This document shows positions 29,407 through 38,408 of a stretch of DNA of 64,000 nucleotides, piece after piece. The notes beneath the pieces were generated by a model. It saw only the letters and a list, made by a program, of their open reading frames with translations, was not told where the DNA came from and made no database searches. The stretch comes from an uncultured Nitrospiraceae bacterium. GTDB taxonomy: Bacteria > Nitrospirota > Thermodesulfovibrionia > Thermodesulfovibrionales > Dissulfurispiraceae. The stretch lies in the NCBI GenBank assembly GCA_963727805.1, contig CAVSHF010000003.1:1248001-1312000 (forward strand). The letters run 5' to 3'. How positions within the stretch are numbered: position 1 is the first letter of the stretch; each line of letters opens with the position of its first letter. The translations under genes and the position numbers were made by a program.

Positions 29407-31386
29407 ATGTTCTCTCACATTAGGCAATGGGTGGATGAAAGATGGCCTTTGTCAGTCGTGATCAAAGCGGTCATAGAAGAGGACATCCCCGGAGGGAGCA
29501 GATACGCCTATACCTTAGGTAGTGCGGTCCTTACCATTGTTCTCATACAGGTTGTTACCGGTATTTTTCAGATCTTTTTTTATGTGCCAACCGTCGATCA
29601 CGCCTACAACAGTCTCAGTTATTTGAGAATAATGGTGCCGTTTGGCTGGCTGATCCATGGTCTCCACTATTGGGGTGCCAACGCGATGATCATCGTGGTG
29701 GTCCTCCATATGACACAGGTCTTTCTTTGGGGAGCGTACAAGCGTCCGCGCGAATTGACATGGCTTTTCGGAGTAACACTTCTGCTTATCACCATGGGGA
29801 TGAGCTTTACCGGCGGACCTCTGCCCTGGGACCAGGCAGGCTACTGGGCCGCTGAGGTCGGAACAAGCATCCCTGCGGCGATCCCTCTAATCGGTGATCT
29901 GACCACAAATCTTATGAGGGGTGGTCAGAATATGGGACAACTTACCATTTCGCGCTTCTTCGTCTTGCATGCAGCGATACTCCCGATAGGTCTTGTAGTC
30001 CTCTTTGTGGCACACCTTGTTGCCTTCAGAGCGAAGGGGGCTGTAGGCCCGTGGGACCCTGTCAAGAGACAAATAAAAGAGCCTTTCTGGCCCGACCAGG
30101 CTTTCAAAGATGTGATGATCGCCTCAGCGGTAGTCATAACGCTGATCGCGCTATCGGTTTTCTTTCCTCCTCCCTTCATTGGGGCTGCGGATCCTTTATC
30201 AACGACCTTCACTCCCAAACCTGAGTGGAATTTCCTTTTTCTTTATCAGGCACTCAAATATTTCACTGGCTCCCTTGAGCCGGTGGGCGTGGCAGGCGTC
30301 CCTGCCGCGTTGGTTTTCATCCTTGTGGCTCTGCCCTTCCTTGATCGAAACCCGGAGAGGAATCCCTTGAAACGGCCCGTTGCTCTGACAGGTGCGGCGC
30401 TACTCGCAGCAACTCTGATAGCCCTTACGATAGCAGGCTATATCAGCAAACCCGGATCTGCCACAACCGCCATCACTGCGGAAACGCCTGCAGCAGGCCG
30501 CCTTTCTCCGAGAAATGTTCCCTCCAGTACGGAGAGTATCAAGACAGGTGCAGCTGTCTTCCAATCCAATGGATGTGCCGGATGCCACAAGATTAATAGT
30601 GCCGGCGGCGTTATCGGTCCGGACCTGTCAAATGAAGGGAATCAGGGCAGATCGCACGAGTGGCTTACAATCCAGATCAGAAATCCCAAAGCGCACTACC
30701 CCGACACGATAATGCCTTCATTCAATAAACTAAACGACCAGGATATTAATAACCTGATCGATCATCTTCTGAGTCTCAAAATGGCGACTGCTCAACCTCC
30801 AACTCAGGGAAAGGCCGATACAATGCAACCTGTTAGTTCCGCGGATCCGGCTGTCTCCGCTCCATCTGAAAATTCCTCATCTGACCTGAAAAAGCAGACT
30901 GGACCAGCGGCAAACACTATTGGCAGCGCCGATCAAGGCGAGTTGCTTTTCGAGAGGCAGTGCGCCGCCTGTCACGGAGCGAGAGGAATGGGCAAGATAC
31001 ACAATCCTGGCTCTAATGACGGATCAGTGCCAGCGCTCAACCCCATCGACCAGAAATTATTCAACAAAAACCCTCAGGAGTTTGCCGACGCGATAGACAA
31101 GTTTATACAACACGGTTCGATACCATCAGGACATAAACCGCAGCTGCAAATGCCTGCCTTCGGTGACAACAGTGCCTTGACCCAACAGCAGATATCAAAT
31201 ATCGAAGCCTATGTCCTCAGACTGAACGGCGTCGACAGGGCCGAATTGGTCAATCCCGGCATGTCACCCATACGCTTTTTCTTCATCACCGTCTCGGCGT
31301 TTTTGGTTATCATGCTTTTAATAGGAGGAATCTATATGTGTCTGCCACGCACTGATCGGGAGAAGCCAGAAAAGGAAATTAAGTAA
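29407..31386 (+). CDS. Cytochrome b/b6 + subunit IV + two cytochrome c domains fusion
   Basis: H-x13-H and H-x14-H heme b ligands, LPWDQ..YWA, PEWN, CAGCH..MP, CAACH..MP, C-terminal TM. Confidence 0.92.
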   Translation: MFSHIRQWVDERWPLSVVIKAVIEEDIPGGSRYAYTLGSAVLTIVLIQVVTGIFQIFFYVPTVDHAYNSLSYLRIMVPFGWLIHGLHYWGANAMIIVVVLHMTQVFLWGAYKRPRELTWLFGVTLLLITMGMSFTGGPLPWDQAGYWAAEVGTSIPAAIPLIGDLTTNLMRGGQNMGQLTISRFFVLHAAILPIGLVVLFVAHLVAFRAKGAVGPWDPVKRQIKEPFWPDQAFKDVMIASAVVITLIALSVFFPPPFIGAADPLSTTFTPKPEWNFLFLYQALKYFTGSLEPVGVAGVPAALVFILVALPFLDRNPERNPLKRPVALTGAALLAATLIALTIAGYISKPGSATTAITAETPAAGRLSPRNVPSSTESIKTGAAVFQSNGCAGCHKINSAGGVIGPDLSNEGNQGRSHEWLTIQIRNPKAHYPDTIMPSFNKLNDQDINNLIDHLLSLKMATAQPPTQGKADTMQPVSSADPAVSAPSENSSSDLKKQTGPAANTIGSADQGELLFERQCAACHGARGMGKIHNPGSNDGSVPALNPIDQKLFNKNPQEFADAIDKFIQHGSIPSGHKPQLQMPAFGDNSALTQQQISNIEAYVLRLNGVDRAELVNPGMSPIRFFFITVSAFLVIMLLIGGIYMCLPRTDREKPEKEIK

Positions 31387-31421
31387 AATTTAGTCGATTC
31401 ATCAACTGAAGAGGAGAGCAC

Positions 31422-31889
31422 ATGTCATATCAATACGCAAATGAATTTCTCTATTTTGTGATTAAGCCGGATACCAGTATAGGCAATGGGGCAGTCATCC
31501 TTTGTTCAGGTGTCAATCTCTCACGCTTTCTCCCCATTACAAAACAGCGGCACGGCTTGGCTTCAAATCCCGCCATGAGGGGACTACAACTGGTAAAGAT
31601 CGATATCTGCGATCTCGCACTGACAAAAGGAGCATTGCCAAAGATTATTCGCAGAAACGACTGTGCAGGATTAACTCCTACAGACGAAGGATGGTATACG
31701 GAGATACTGCTGATAGAAAATACGCCGGAGTCATTTCCCTCAGAGGCGATCGAATATTGTGTCATGGCTCTTCTAAAAAGCATTTTCAAAGCCTGTCGTC
31801 TTGAAGTAAAGCTGCCTGATAAACTACCGAAGCCAGATGAACTTCAATTATTTATTGAGGGCGTGTGCAGTGCTTACGGCAGGGGATAG
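31422..31889 (+). CDS. Hypothetical protein
   Basis: 155-aa ORF with GAGGAG RBS, co-directional with the respiratory operon; family not recognised. Confidence 0.7.
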   Translation: MSYQYANEFLYFVIKPDTSIGNGAVILCSGVNLSRFLPITKQRHGLASNPAMRGLQLVKIDICDLALTKGALPKIIRRNDCAGLTPTDEGWYTEILLIENTPESFPSEAIEYCVMALLKSIFKACRLEVKLPDKLPKPDELQLFIEGVCSAYGRG

Positions 31890-31899
31890 GGAGGATCTG

Positions 31900-32652
31900 A
31901 TGAATACTTTATTTGAGAAATACAGGTATTTTTTAAAGGATAGCGTGCGCCGGACCATTAATTTTGCCTTGACGGACCAAAGTCAAGGGATCAAGCCTCC
32001 CCCCATTGAAAAACCCTACCCTGTAGATGCCGAACGCATCAACCTCACTGGGAAGGAGGAGATGGAAGGCTTATTCAGTATCGATCTTTTTGCTGCAATA
32101 AAAAACAGACAAAGCCATAGACATTTCAAGGATGCCCCACTAACACAGAAAGAGCTATCTTTTTTGCTCTGGACAACTCAGGGGATCCGATCAAAATCCA
32201 ATGAATTCGCCACTCTTCGAACAGTTCCATCGGCCGGATGCCGCCACGCACTCGAAACATATTTATGCGTTTTGAATGTCCAGGGACTGGATGCCGGAAT
32301 ATACCGGTACCTACCGATTGAACATCAACTTCTCGTTGTTTCAATAGACGATGAATTGTCGAAGAAAATCGTTGAAGCCACTTTCAACCAGGTTTTTACA
32401 GGACGTTCAGCGGTAACCTTTATTTGGACTACCATCCCTTATCGCATGGAATGGCGCTATGACATCGCGGCCCATAAGGTGATTGCGCTTGATGCCGGTC
32501 ATGTATGCCAAAATTTGTACTTGGCATGTGCAGCTATTGGCGGCGGGGCCTGCGCAGTCGGAGCCTATCATCAGCAACTGATGGACAAGCTAGTGGCAGT
32601 TGACGGTATTGATGAGTTCACGATATACCTGGCCACTGTGGGAAAGATATAA
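31900..32652 (+). CDS. SagB/ThcOx-like FMN nitroreductase-family protein
   Basis: RQSHRHF, LRTVPSAGCRHALE, YRYLP.EH.L, LDAGHVCQNLYL; GGAGG RBS. Confidence 0.88.
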   Translation: MNTLFEKYRYFLKDSVRRTINFALTDQSQGIKPPPIEKPYPVDAERINLTGKEEMEGLFSIDLFAAIKNRQSHRHFKDAPLTQKELSFLLWTTQGIRSKSNEFATLRTVPSAGCRHALETYLCVLNVQGLDAGIYRYLPIEHQLLVVSIDDELSKKIVEATFNQVFTGRSAVTFIWTTIPYRMEWRYDIAAHKVIALDAGHVCQNLYLACAAIGGGACAVGAYHQQLMDKLVAVDGIDEFTIYLATVGKI

Positions 32653-32658
32653 TCGTTA

Positions 32659-33465
32659 TCACACTTTTATCGATTTTACGTCATACCTTTCCTTCAGATA
32701 TTCCGCAAAGAGATTGAAGCAAAAAGCCGTTGCCGTTATCATCATGCCGGGAAAGAATACCGTCCACGGGGCAGTTAGGATATACGCCCGGCTTGCGCTA
32801 ATCATCGCTCCCCATGAAGGCGCAGGCGGCTGGACGCCGAGTCCCAGAAATCCGAGCGTGGCTTCGGCTATAATAAATCCTCCCAACTTCATCCCCATCA
32901 TAACAAGTCCTACGGTCAGGCATTGCGGAACGATATGAACAAACAGTATCCTCGCATTGCTGCAGCCTATGGCCCGGGCAGCCTCCACAAAAGGAAGGCC
33001 TTTAACGATAAGGACCTGCCCTCGAATAAGCCTCGCAAAAGAAGTCCAGCCGGCTGCGGATAGAGCGATCATGGCCGTGTGAATACCGGGGGGCAGTACA
33101 ACCGATATGGCGATGGCGAGGAGCAAGGATGGGAATGAGAGGATGAAGTCCACGATTGCCATTGCCACAGTGTCAATTTTACCGCCAAAGTATCCTGCTA
33201 CGAGGCCTATGAGGGAGCCGATGCAGCAGGATGCAATAGCTGCTGCAAGGGCCACGCTTATGGATACCTTTGCTCCGTAAATCACTCGTGAAAAAATATC
33301 CCTGCCTTTATGGTCGGTGCCGAAAGGGTGTTCTGCATCGGGGGATATTTTCAGGGAGTCGAGGTCTATCCTGTTGGGATCATGGAGGGGCAGCAGGGGT
33401 GCTGCAAGGGAAAGCGCAAACAGGAAAAGGACGATGTAGAAATAGACCTTACCCGCTTTTATCAT
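32659..33465 (-). CDS. Peptide/nickel ABC permease (OppC/DppC type)
   Basis: HPFGTD..GRDIFSR, EAARAIG, LGFLGLG, PSWG. Confidence 0.92.
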   Translation of the reverse strand: MIKAGKVYFYIVLFLFALSLAAPLLPLHDPNRIDLDSLKISPDAEHPFGTDHKGRDIFSRVIYGAKVSISVALAAAIASCCIGSLIGLVAGYFGGKIDTVAMAIVDFILSFPSLLLAIAISVVLPPGIHTAMIALSAAGWTSFARLIRGQVLIVKGLPFVEAARAIGCSNARILFVHIVPQCLTVGLVMMGMKLGGFIIAEATLGFLGLGVQPPAPSWGAMISASRAYILTAPWTVFFPGMMITATAFCFNLFAEYLKERYDVKSIKV

Positions 33466-34381
33466 GGATGCTTATCCTCGGGTCTAGATAATGGTAAAGT
33501 ATGTCGGTTAGAGTGTTGACGATCACAAATACTGCGGTACAGGTGATGATACATCCCATAATCACGGGATAATCGCGCATAATGATGCCTTCCATTGTAA
33601 ATCGCCCTATTCCGTCCCAGCCGAATATGGTCTCGGTGACTACGGCTCCGCTTAGGTAACTGCCGAAATCGAGTCCTATAATCGTCACAATGGGGATGAG
33701 CGCGTTTTTCAGGACATGGATCATTGCTATTTTTAGAGGGGCGAGCCCCTTTGCCCTTGCGGTCCTGACATATGACATGCCCATAGTTTCCTCAATGGTT
33801 AATGCCGTTACCCTGGCAAGAGAGGACATGGCCGGGAGTGCAAGTACTAGGGCAGGCAGCATCAGAAATCTCAGCCCGCCCGTACCCGATGGCGGCAGCA
33901 GCTTGAGGTTCAGACTGAAGATAAGCATTGCCATAAGCCCGCACCAGAAGATAGGAACGCTCAGGCCACCGATGGAGATTATACTGACGAGCCGCTCCAT
34001 GGGCCGGCCTTTTCGATACGCCATTACCATACCGAATGCAATGCCGCACGGAACAGCGATTGTCATTGCAGCCAAAGCGAGCGCTATGGTGTTCGGCAAC
34101 TTAGCGACCATATCGTTGAGCACATCCCTATTGGAGTAATAGGATCTTCCGAAGTTACCCTGCATAATAAGCTTCAGATATCCGAGGTATTGCCAGGCAA
34201 CCCCTTTATCCGCACCGATCTCCTTTCTGATGCTTTCGATTGTTTCAGGGTTTGCACGCTCGCCGACCATCGAATACACGGGGTCTCCCGGCAAGGCCTT
34301 TAGCAGGCAAAAAGCGGTGAACGTAACGCCCAATAGCAGCGGAAAAAGGCTTATGATCTTTTTTAGGATATATGTCTTAAT
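33449..34381 (-). CDS. Peptide/nickel ABC permease (OppB/DppB type), probable ATT start
   Basis: LPGDP, TARAKGL, HVLKNAL, ETIFGWDGIG, RDYPV, LDPR; conserved N-terminus (I)KTYILKK extends to ATT 34381 behind AAGGAG. Confidence 0.9.
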   Translation of the reverse strand: MKTYILKKIISLFPLLLGVTFTAFCLLKALPGDPVYSMVGERANPETIESIRKEIGADKGVAWQYLGYLKLIMQGNFGRSYYSNRDVLNDMVAKLPNTIALALAAMTIAVPCGIAFGMVMAYRKGRPMERLVSIISIGGLSVPIFWCGLMAMLIFSLNLKLLPPSGTGGLRFLMLPALVLALPAMSSLARVTALTIEETMGMSYVRTARAKGLAPLKIAMIHVLKNALIPIVTIIGLDFGSYLSGAVVTETIFGWDGIGRFTMEGIIMRDYPVIMGCIITCTAVFVIVNTLTDILYHYLDPRISIHDKSG

Positions 34382-35972
34382 AGTCTTGGCTCCTTAAGAG
34401 GACATCAAGCCCCTTATCCATTGTATAGATCGGGTACGTTTTGAACTCAGTTACCCACGGCTGTCGTATTATATAATCTGTCTTATGCCAAAAGGGAACC
34501 CATGGCGCGGCACTTACAATGATCTCTTCCGCTTTTTGATAGAAACGGTTTCTTTGTCGTTCATTGACGGAATATTGTCCGGCCTCGATGAGATGGTCGA
34601 CTTCCCTGTTGATGTACCACGTCCTATTCCCCGCTGGTCCCAGGTTTGCGGAATCGAAAAGGGGAAAAAGAAAATTCTCAGGGTCGGGGTAATCGGCCCA
34701 CCAACTCAGCCAGAACATGTCAGGTTCACCCTTGTTGATCGCCTCCTTGTATGCGCTCCATTCGAGTTGATGGACGACTATGTTCAGCCCTACCTCTGAG
34801 AGATAACTCTGAATAATCTCGGCAAGGTCGACCGCCTCTTGATCTGCAGGGACATAAAGCGCAAGGCTTGTGCCGTAAAGCTTGTGCTCCCGCATAATCG
34901 CCTTTGCCAATGAGGGGTTGTATTGCATTATGGACCCGTCTCTATCAAGGTTCCAGGGCCTGAGCAGATCAGGGATCGGGCCTTTAGCAAGTCTGCCCCT
35001 TCCTTCATAGAAGGTTTCAAGGATTTTTTTGCGGTCTATGGCCATGGTGATCGCTCTTCTTAACGCCGGATTGTTGAGGGGTGGCCTCGAGGTATTCAAG
35101 CCGAGATAGTATGTATTCAGCCCCTGGATGGATTCTATATATTGTTTCCACTTGTTATCATGATCCAATTTTTGATAAGCGGATGCGGGTATTTGCAAAA
35201 TGTCGATATTGCCCAGTTCGAATTCGCTGAGAGCAGTTAAATCTTCAGGTATAATCCGGTAAACAATACCTCTGAGCAACGCAGTGCCACCAAAATATCG
35301 CTCGTTGCGCTTCAATATTACTTCTTGATTGGGAAGCCATTTCTCCAGGATGTAAGGGCCGGTTCCTGAAGGATTCGCCGCAAAATTCGCACCTTTCATG
35401 TTAACAATCTCTTTCGGCACAACGTACGTTGAGGTCATCGTCAACATCTTTAAAAAAGGGGAGAAAGGCCGTATAAGCCTTATCTCAAACACATAGGGGT
35501 TGACGACCCTGAATCCCTCGACTCCTTCTGCCTTTCCCTCCCGGAAACACTTTGCCCCTTCAACATTATCAAAAACCCAGGTGTTGGGAGATTTGGTCGA
35601 AGGTCTCAATATACGCTCGAAAGAATACTTGAAATCCTGAGCCGTCACCTCGCGTCCGTGCGAAAACAAGACACCTTCTTTCAGGAAGAACCGATATGAC
35701 AGACCATCATTTGAGACTTCCCATCGTTCTGCAATATCAGGAGATATACCAAGACGTTCATTGAGCCTCACCAAGCCGTTAAAAAGTTTTGCTGCTATCA
35801 GGGACGCCTGCACATCGGTGATTAGCGCGGGATCGAGAGTGGTCGGGTTTACATTTAATCGGTAGTACAGATGATCGGCAAGACGATTTTGAGCAGAGCA
35901 GCCGACAAAAGCGAGAAAAAAGGACATTATGACGAGCTTTCTGATAACTGATTTGAAAGGCTCAGGATTCAA
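34377..35972 (-). CDS. Family-5 ABC substrate-binding lipoprotein (OppA/DppA type); start uncertain
   Basis: Lipobox FVGC, TLDPA, PDIAERW, GTGPY, WWADYPDP. Confidence 0.92.
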   Translation of the reverse strand: MNPEPFKSVIRKLVIMSFFLAFVGCSAQNRLADHLYYRLNVNPTTLDPALITDVQASLIAAKLFNGLVRLNERLGISPDIAERWEVSNDGLSYRFFLKEGVLFSHGREVTAQDFKYSFERILRPSTKSPNTWVFDNVEGAKCFREGKAEGVEGFRVVNPYVFEIRLIRPFSPFLKMLTMTSTYVVPKEIVNMKGANFAANPSGTGPYILEKWLPNQEVILKRNERYFGGTALLRGIVYRIIPEDLTALSEFELGNIDILQIPASAYQKLDHDNKWKQYIESIQGLNTYYLGLNTSRPPLNNPALRRAITMAIDRKKILETFYEGRGRLAKGPIPDLLRPWNLDRDGSIMQYNPSLAKAIMREHKLYGTSLALYVPADQEAVDLAEIIQSYLSEVGLNIVVHQLEWSAYKEAINKGEPDMFWLSWWADYPDPENFLFPLFDSANLGPAGNRTWYINREVDHLIEAGQYSVNERQRNRFYQKAEEIIVSAAPWVPFWHKTDYIIRQPWVTEFKTYPIYTMDKGLDVLLRSQDY

Positions 35973-36112
35973 CGAACTAGAAGCCCCTCGAGATTATTGA
36001 GCCGCCGCTCAAGCTTGGCAAGCCACTGAAATGTTCTCATCCCATCTGGCTTAGCAAACTTCTTCAGGTCATCTTTTTCTGCTGTTGTTGGCATGACATT
36101 ATGGATTAGCGC

Positions 36113-36319
36113 TCACAGGGGAGGCATCTTTCTTCGTTCAAGGCCGTTATATTTATCTTTACGTTTGCTTATGCGTATCGAATCGACGCCGATAGTGACC
36201 CATCTCTCCTCTGAGTTTCGATAAAATTTTACTACTTCATTCTTATTTATCAATCGGTCAAGGAGCTCATCAGGCAGGAAAGCGCATTCGCTATCATGAT
36301 ACATCACCCAGAGACTCAT
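36113..36319 (-). CDS. Small protein resembling the GSU3473 family
   Basis: VMYHD...LD.LI....V.KFYR.S..WV.IG.D.IR....Y.G.ERR pattern; GGGAGG RBS. Confidence 0.65.
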   Translation of the reverse strand: MSLWVMYHDSECAFLPDELLDRLINKNEVVKFYRNSEERWVTIGVDSIRISKRKDKYNGLERRKMPPL

Positions 36320-36359
36320 CCTTATACCCCTCCCTAAAATCTACTACAAATGATGGCGG

Positions 36360-36542
36360 TTAACAGCTTCCCCCCTTGTCGCTAAAAAAACCGACCACAA
36401 TAGCTAGCCCTATGCCTGTCAACACCGCAGTCGACAAAGATATGACTTCGTACGTGGACAACAGTAAAAGCAGTGAAATACCGCCTACTATTACTACCGG
36501 CACCCAAGGTGCCCTGTTATTACTCCCTCAAACCATTCCCAT
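36360..36542 (-). other. Small two-TM membrane ORF with in-frame TGA at codon 5 (recoded CDS or pseudogene)
   Basis: AAGGAG-6nt-ATG; MGMV*GSNNRAPWVPVVIVGGISLLLLLSTYEVISLSTAVLTGIGLAIVVGFFSDKGGSC. Confidence 0.55.
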
Positions 36543-36702
36543 CACAATCTCCTTTCGTCATGCCACCCTTATTTTTACCTATTCCGACAACTAATGTACA
36601 CCCCATATTTTTTACTGAAAAGAACTGCATTTTTGTGAGTACGGGACAGCAATAAATATCACTGTTTCGAAACCTAGTGTACCCTGCTCATTTGCACTTA
36701 TT

Positions 36703-37617
36703 CTAGATCCCCCCTTTCTCTTTTTTTACGGCATGACCTCCGAATTCATTTCTCAGGGCGGCGATAAGCTTGTCGGAGAATGAATCGGTTTGACGAGAGC
36801 GGAACCGCTGAAAAAGAGAGAGCGCAAGCACTGGTGCAGGCACCGATGCTTCGATGGCTTGGAGAATAGTCCATCGTCCCTCTCCGGAATCGTCAACATA
36901 TCCCTTAATCCGCGAAAAAGAAGGGTCTTTTTCAAAAGCATCCTCAGCGAGCTCCAGGAGCCATGAGCGGACTACGCTCCCTTGGTTCCACAGATGAGCA
37001 ACCTTCGAAAAGTTGAGTTCACCAGCATAGGGAGAGGCATTCATAATAGCGAAACCTTCGCCATAGGCTTCGAGCATTCCATATTCGATACCATTATGGA
37101 CCATCTTAACGAAGTGACCTGCTCCGGATGGTCCACAGTAAAGGTATCCGCCCGTTGGTGCAAGAGTTGCAATGGCAGGCTCTAGCTGTGTAAATACTTC
37201 CTCATCTCCCCCTATCATCTGGCAATATCCGACCTTCAATCCCCATATGCCTCCGCTCACTCCGATATCCAGATAATTAATTCCGGCAGTCTTCAGCGAC
37301 GCACTCCTTCGCAACGCATCTTTGTAAAAGCTGTTCCCACCGTCAACAATCGTATCGCCTTTCTGTAGAAGGCCGCTCAACGATTCAATATGGTCATCGA
37401 CGGTCGTGCCGGCAGGCAGCATCAGCCAGACAAATCTCGGTGTCACGAGCTTCTCGACCAGTTCTGCGAGTGAATATGCGCCCGCAGCTCCTACCTTCAC
37501 GATTTCATCGACCTTATCGGAGGACCTGTTGAACGCGACCACATCATGCCCTCCCTTTACCAGCCGTAGCGCCATATTCATCCCCATCCGTCCGAGTCCC
37601 ACCATTCCTATCTGCAT
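36703..37617 (-). CDS. gnd: 6-phosphogluconate dehydrogenase (decarboxylating, short type)
   Basis: GLGRMG, FNRS, DGGNS, GVSGG, GHFVKMVHNGIEY, DSGEGRW, FGGH. Confidence 0.95.
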   Translation of the reverse strand: MQIGMVGLGRMGMNMALRLVKGGHDVVAFNRSSDKVDEIVKVGAAGAYSLAELVEKLVTPRFVWLMLPAGTTVDDHIESLSGLLQKGDTIVDGGNSFYKDALRRSASLKTAGINYLDIGVSGGIWGLKVGYCQMIGGDEEVFTQLEPAIATLAPTGGYLYCGPSGAGHFVKMVHNGIEYGMLEAYGEGFAIMNASPYAGELNFSKVAHLWNQGSVVRSWLLELAEDAFEKDPSFSRIKGYVDDSGEGRWTILQAIEASVPAPVLALSLFQRFRSRQTDSFSDKLIAALRNEFGGHAVKKEKGGI

Positions 37618-37628
37618 GTACGTCCTCC

Positions 37629-38402
37629 TTATATCTGCACGTAATCCTTTTTCGACATAAGCGATGCCGCTTCCGAATCGAGAACAAACATCAAGGTGCC
37701 ATTCGAAGGCTCAACCGTTGCTGCGGGGAATACAACCTGTCTTTCCTTGATTACTCGCTTGACAATCGCCGCCTTCCTCTCACCTGTTACAACAAAGATC
37801 ACATTGGCGGCATTATTTATAACTGGCAACGTGAGGCTTATCCTCGCATACCTAACATGATCGTATTCGACGGAAATGGCAAGCCGTATTTTCTGCCTGA
37901 CCTCCGGCGACTGACTCTCAGGGGCTTCTGGAAAGAGCGAAGCCGTGTGCCCATCAAGACCAATGCCCAGGCTGATCAGGTCGAATACAGGGAGTTCGGT
38001 TCCTGTAAGCTTGAAGAAACGTTTTAACTCCTCTTCGTAGCGGGCGGCTGCCTTGGACGGTGACGATTCATTTATACTTACGGCATGAATGTTTGTTCCG
38101 GGAATTTTGACTCTGCTCAATAAAAGAGAGTTAATCATCCCAAAATTGCTATTGCTGTCGCTGAAAGGGACAAAGCGTTCATCAACAAGAAAAATATGGG
38201 TCTGATCCCAGGGGAAGGAATCCTTCAGTGCCGCGAGAGTACTGTAAAAATCTGCTGGTGTTGTTCCCCCTGAAAGGGCTGCGGCAAAAAATCCTGTGCG
38301 CGCTATCGCATGATCGGCTATTTCCCGCCACTTCTGCACGAGAAAAGCCGTCATTTCATCCTTGTCCTTAAAAACACGAATGATCAAGCCGGGACTTGCC
38401 AT
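37629..38402 (-). CDS. pgl: 6-phosphogluconolactonase
   Basis: LSGGTTP, VDERFV, LGIGLDGHTASLFP, RISLT. Confidence 0.94.
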   Translation of the reverse strand: MASPGLIIRVFKDKDEMTAFLVQKWREIADHAIARTGFFAAALSGGTTPADFYSTLAALKDSFPWDQTHIFLVDERFVPFSDSNSNFGMINSLLLSRVKIPGTNIHAVSINESSPSKAAARYEEELKRFFKLTGTELPVFDLISLGIGLDGHTASLFPEAPESQSPEVRQKIRLAISVEYDHVRYARISLTLPVINNAANVIFVVTGERKAAIVKRVIKERQVVFPAATVEPSNGTLMFVLDSEAASLMSKKDYVQI

Positions 38403-38408
38403 TTCGCG

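Noticed and set aside
31900..32652. SagB-like gene as sign of a TOMM/RiPP cluster
   Set aside because: No YcaO, precursor peptide or exporter nearby
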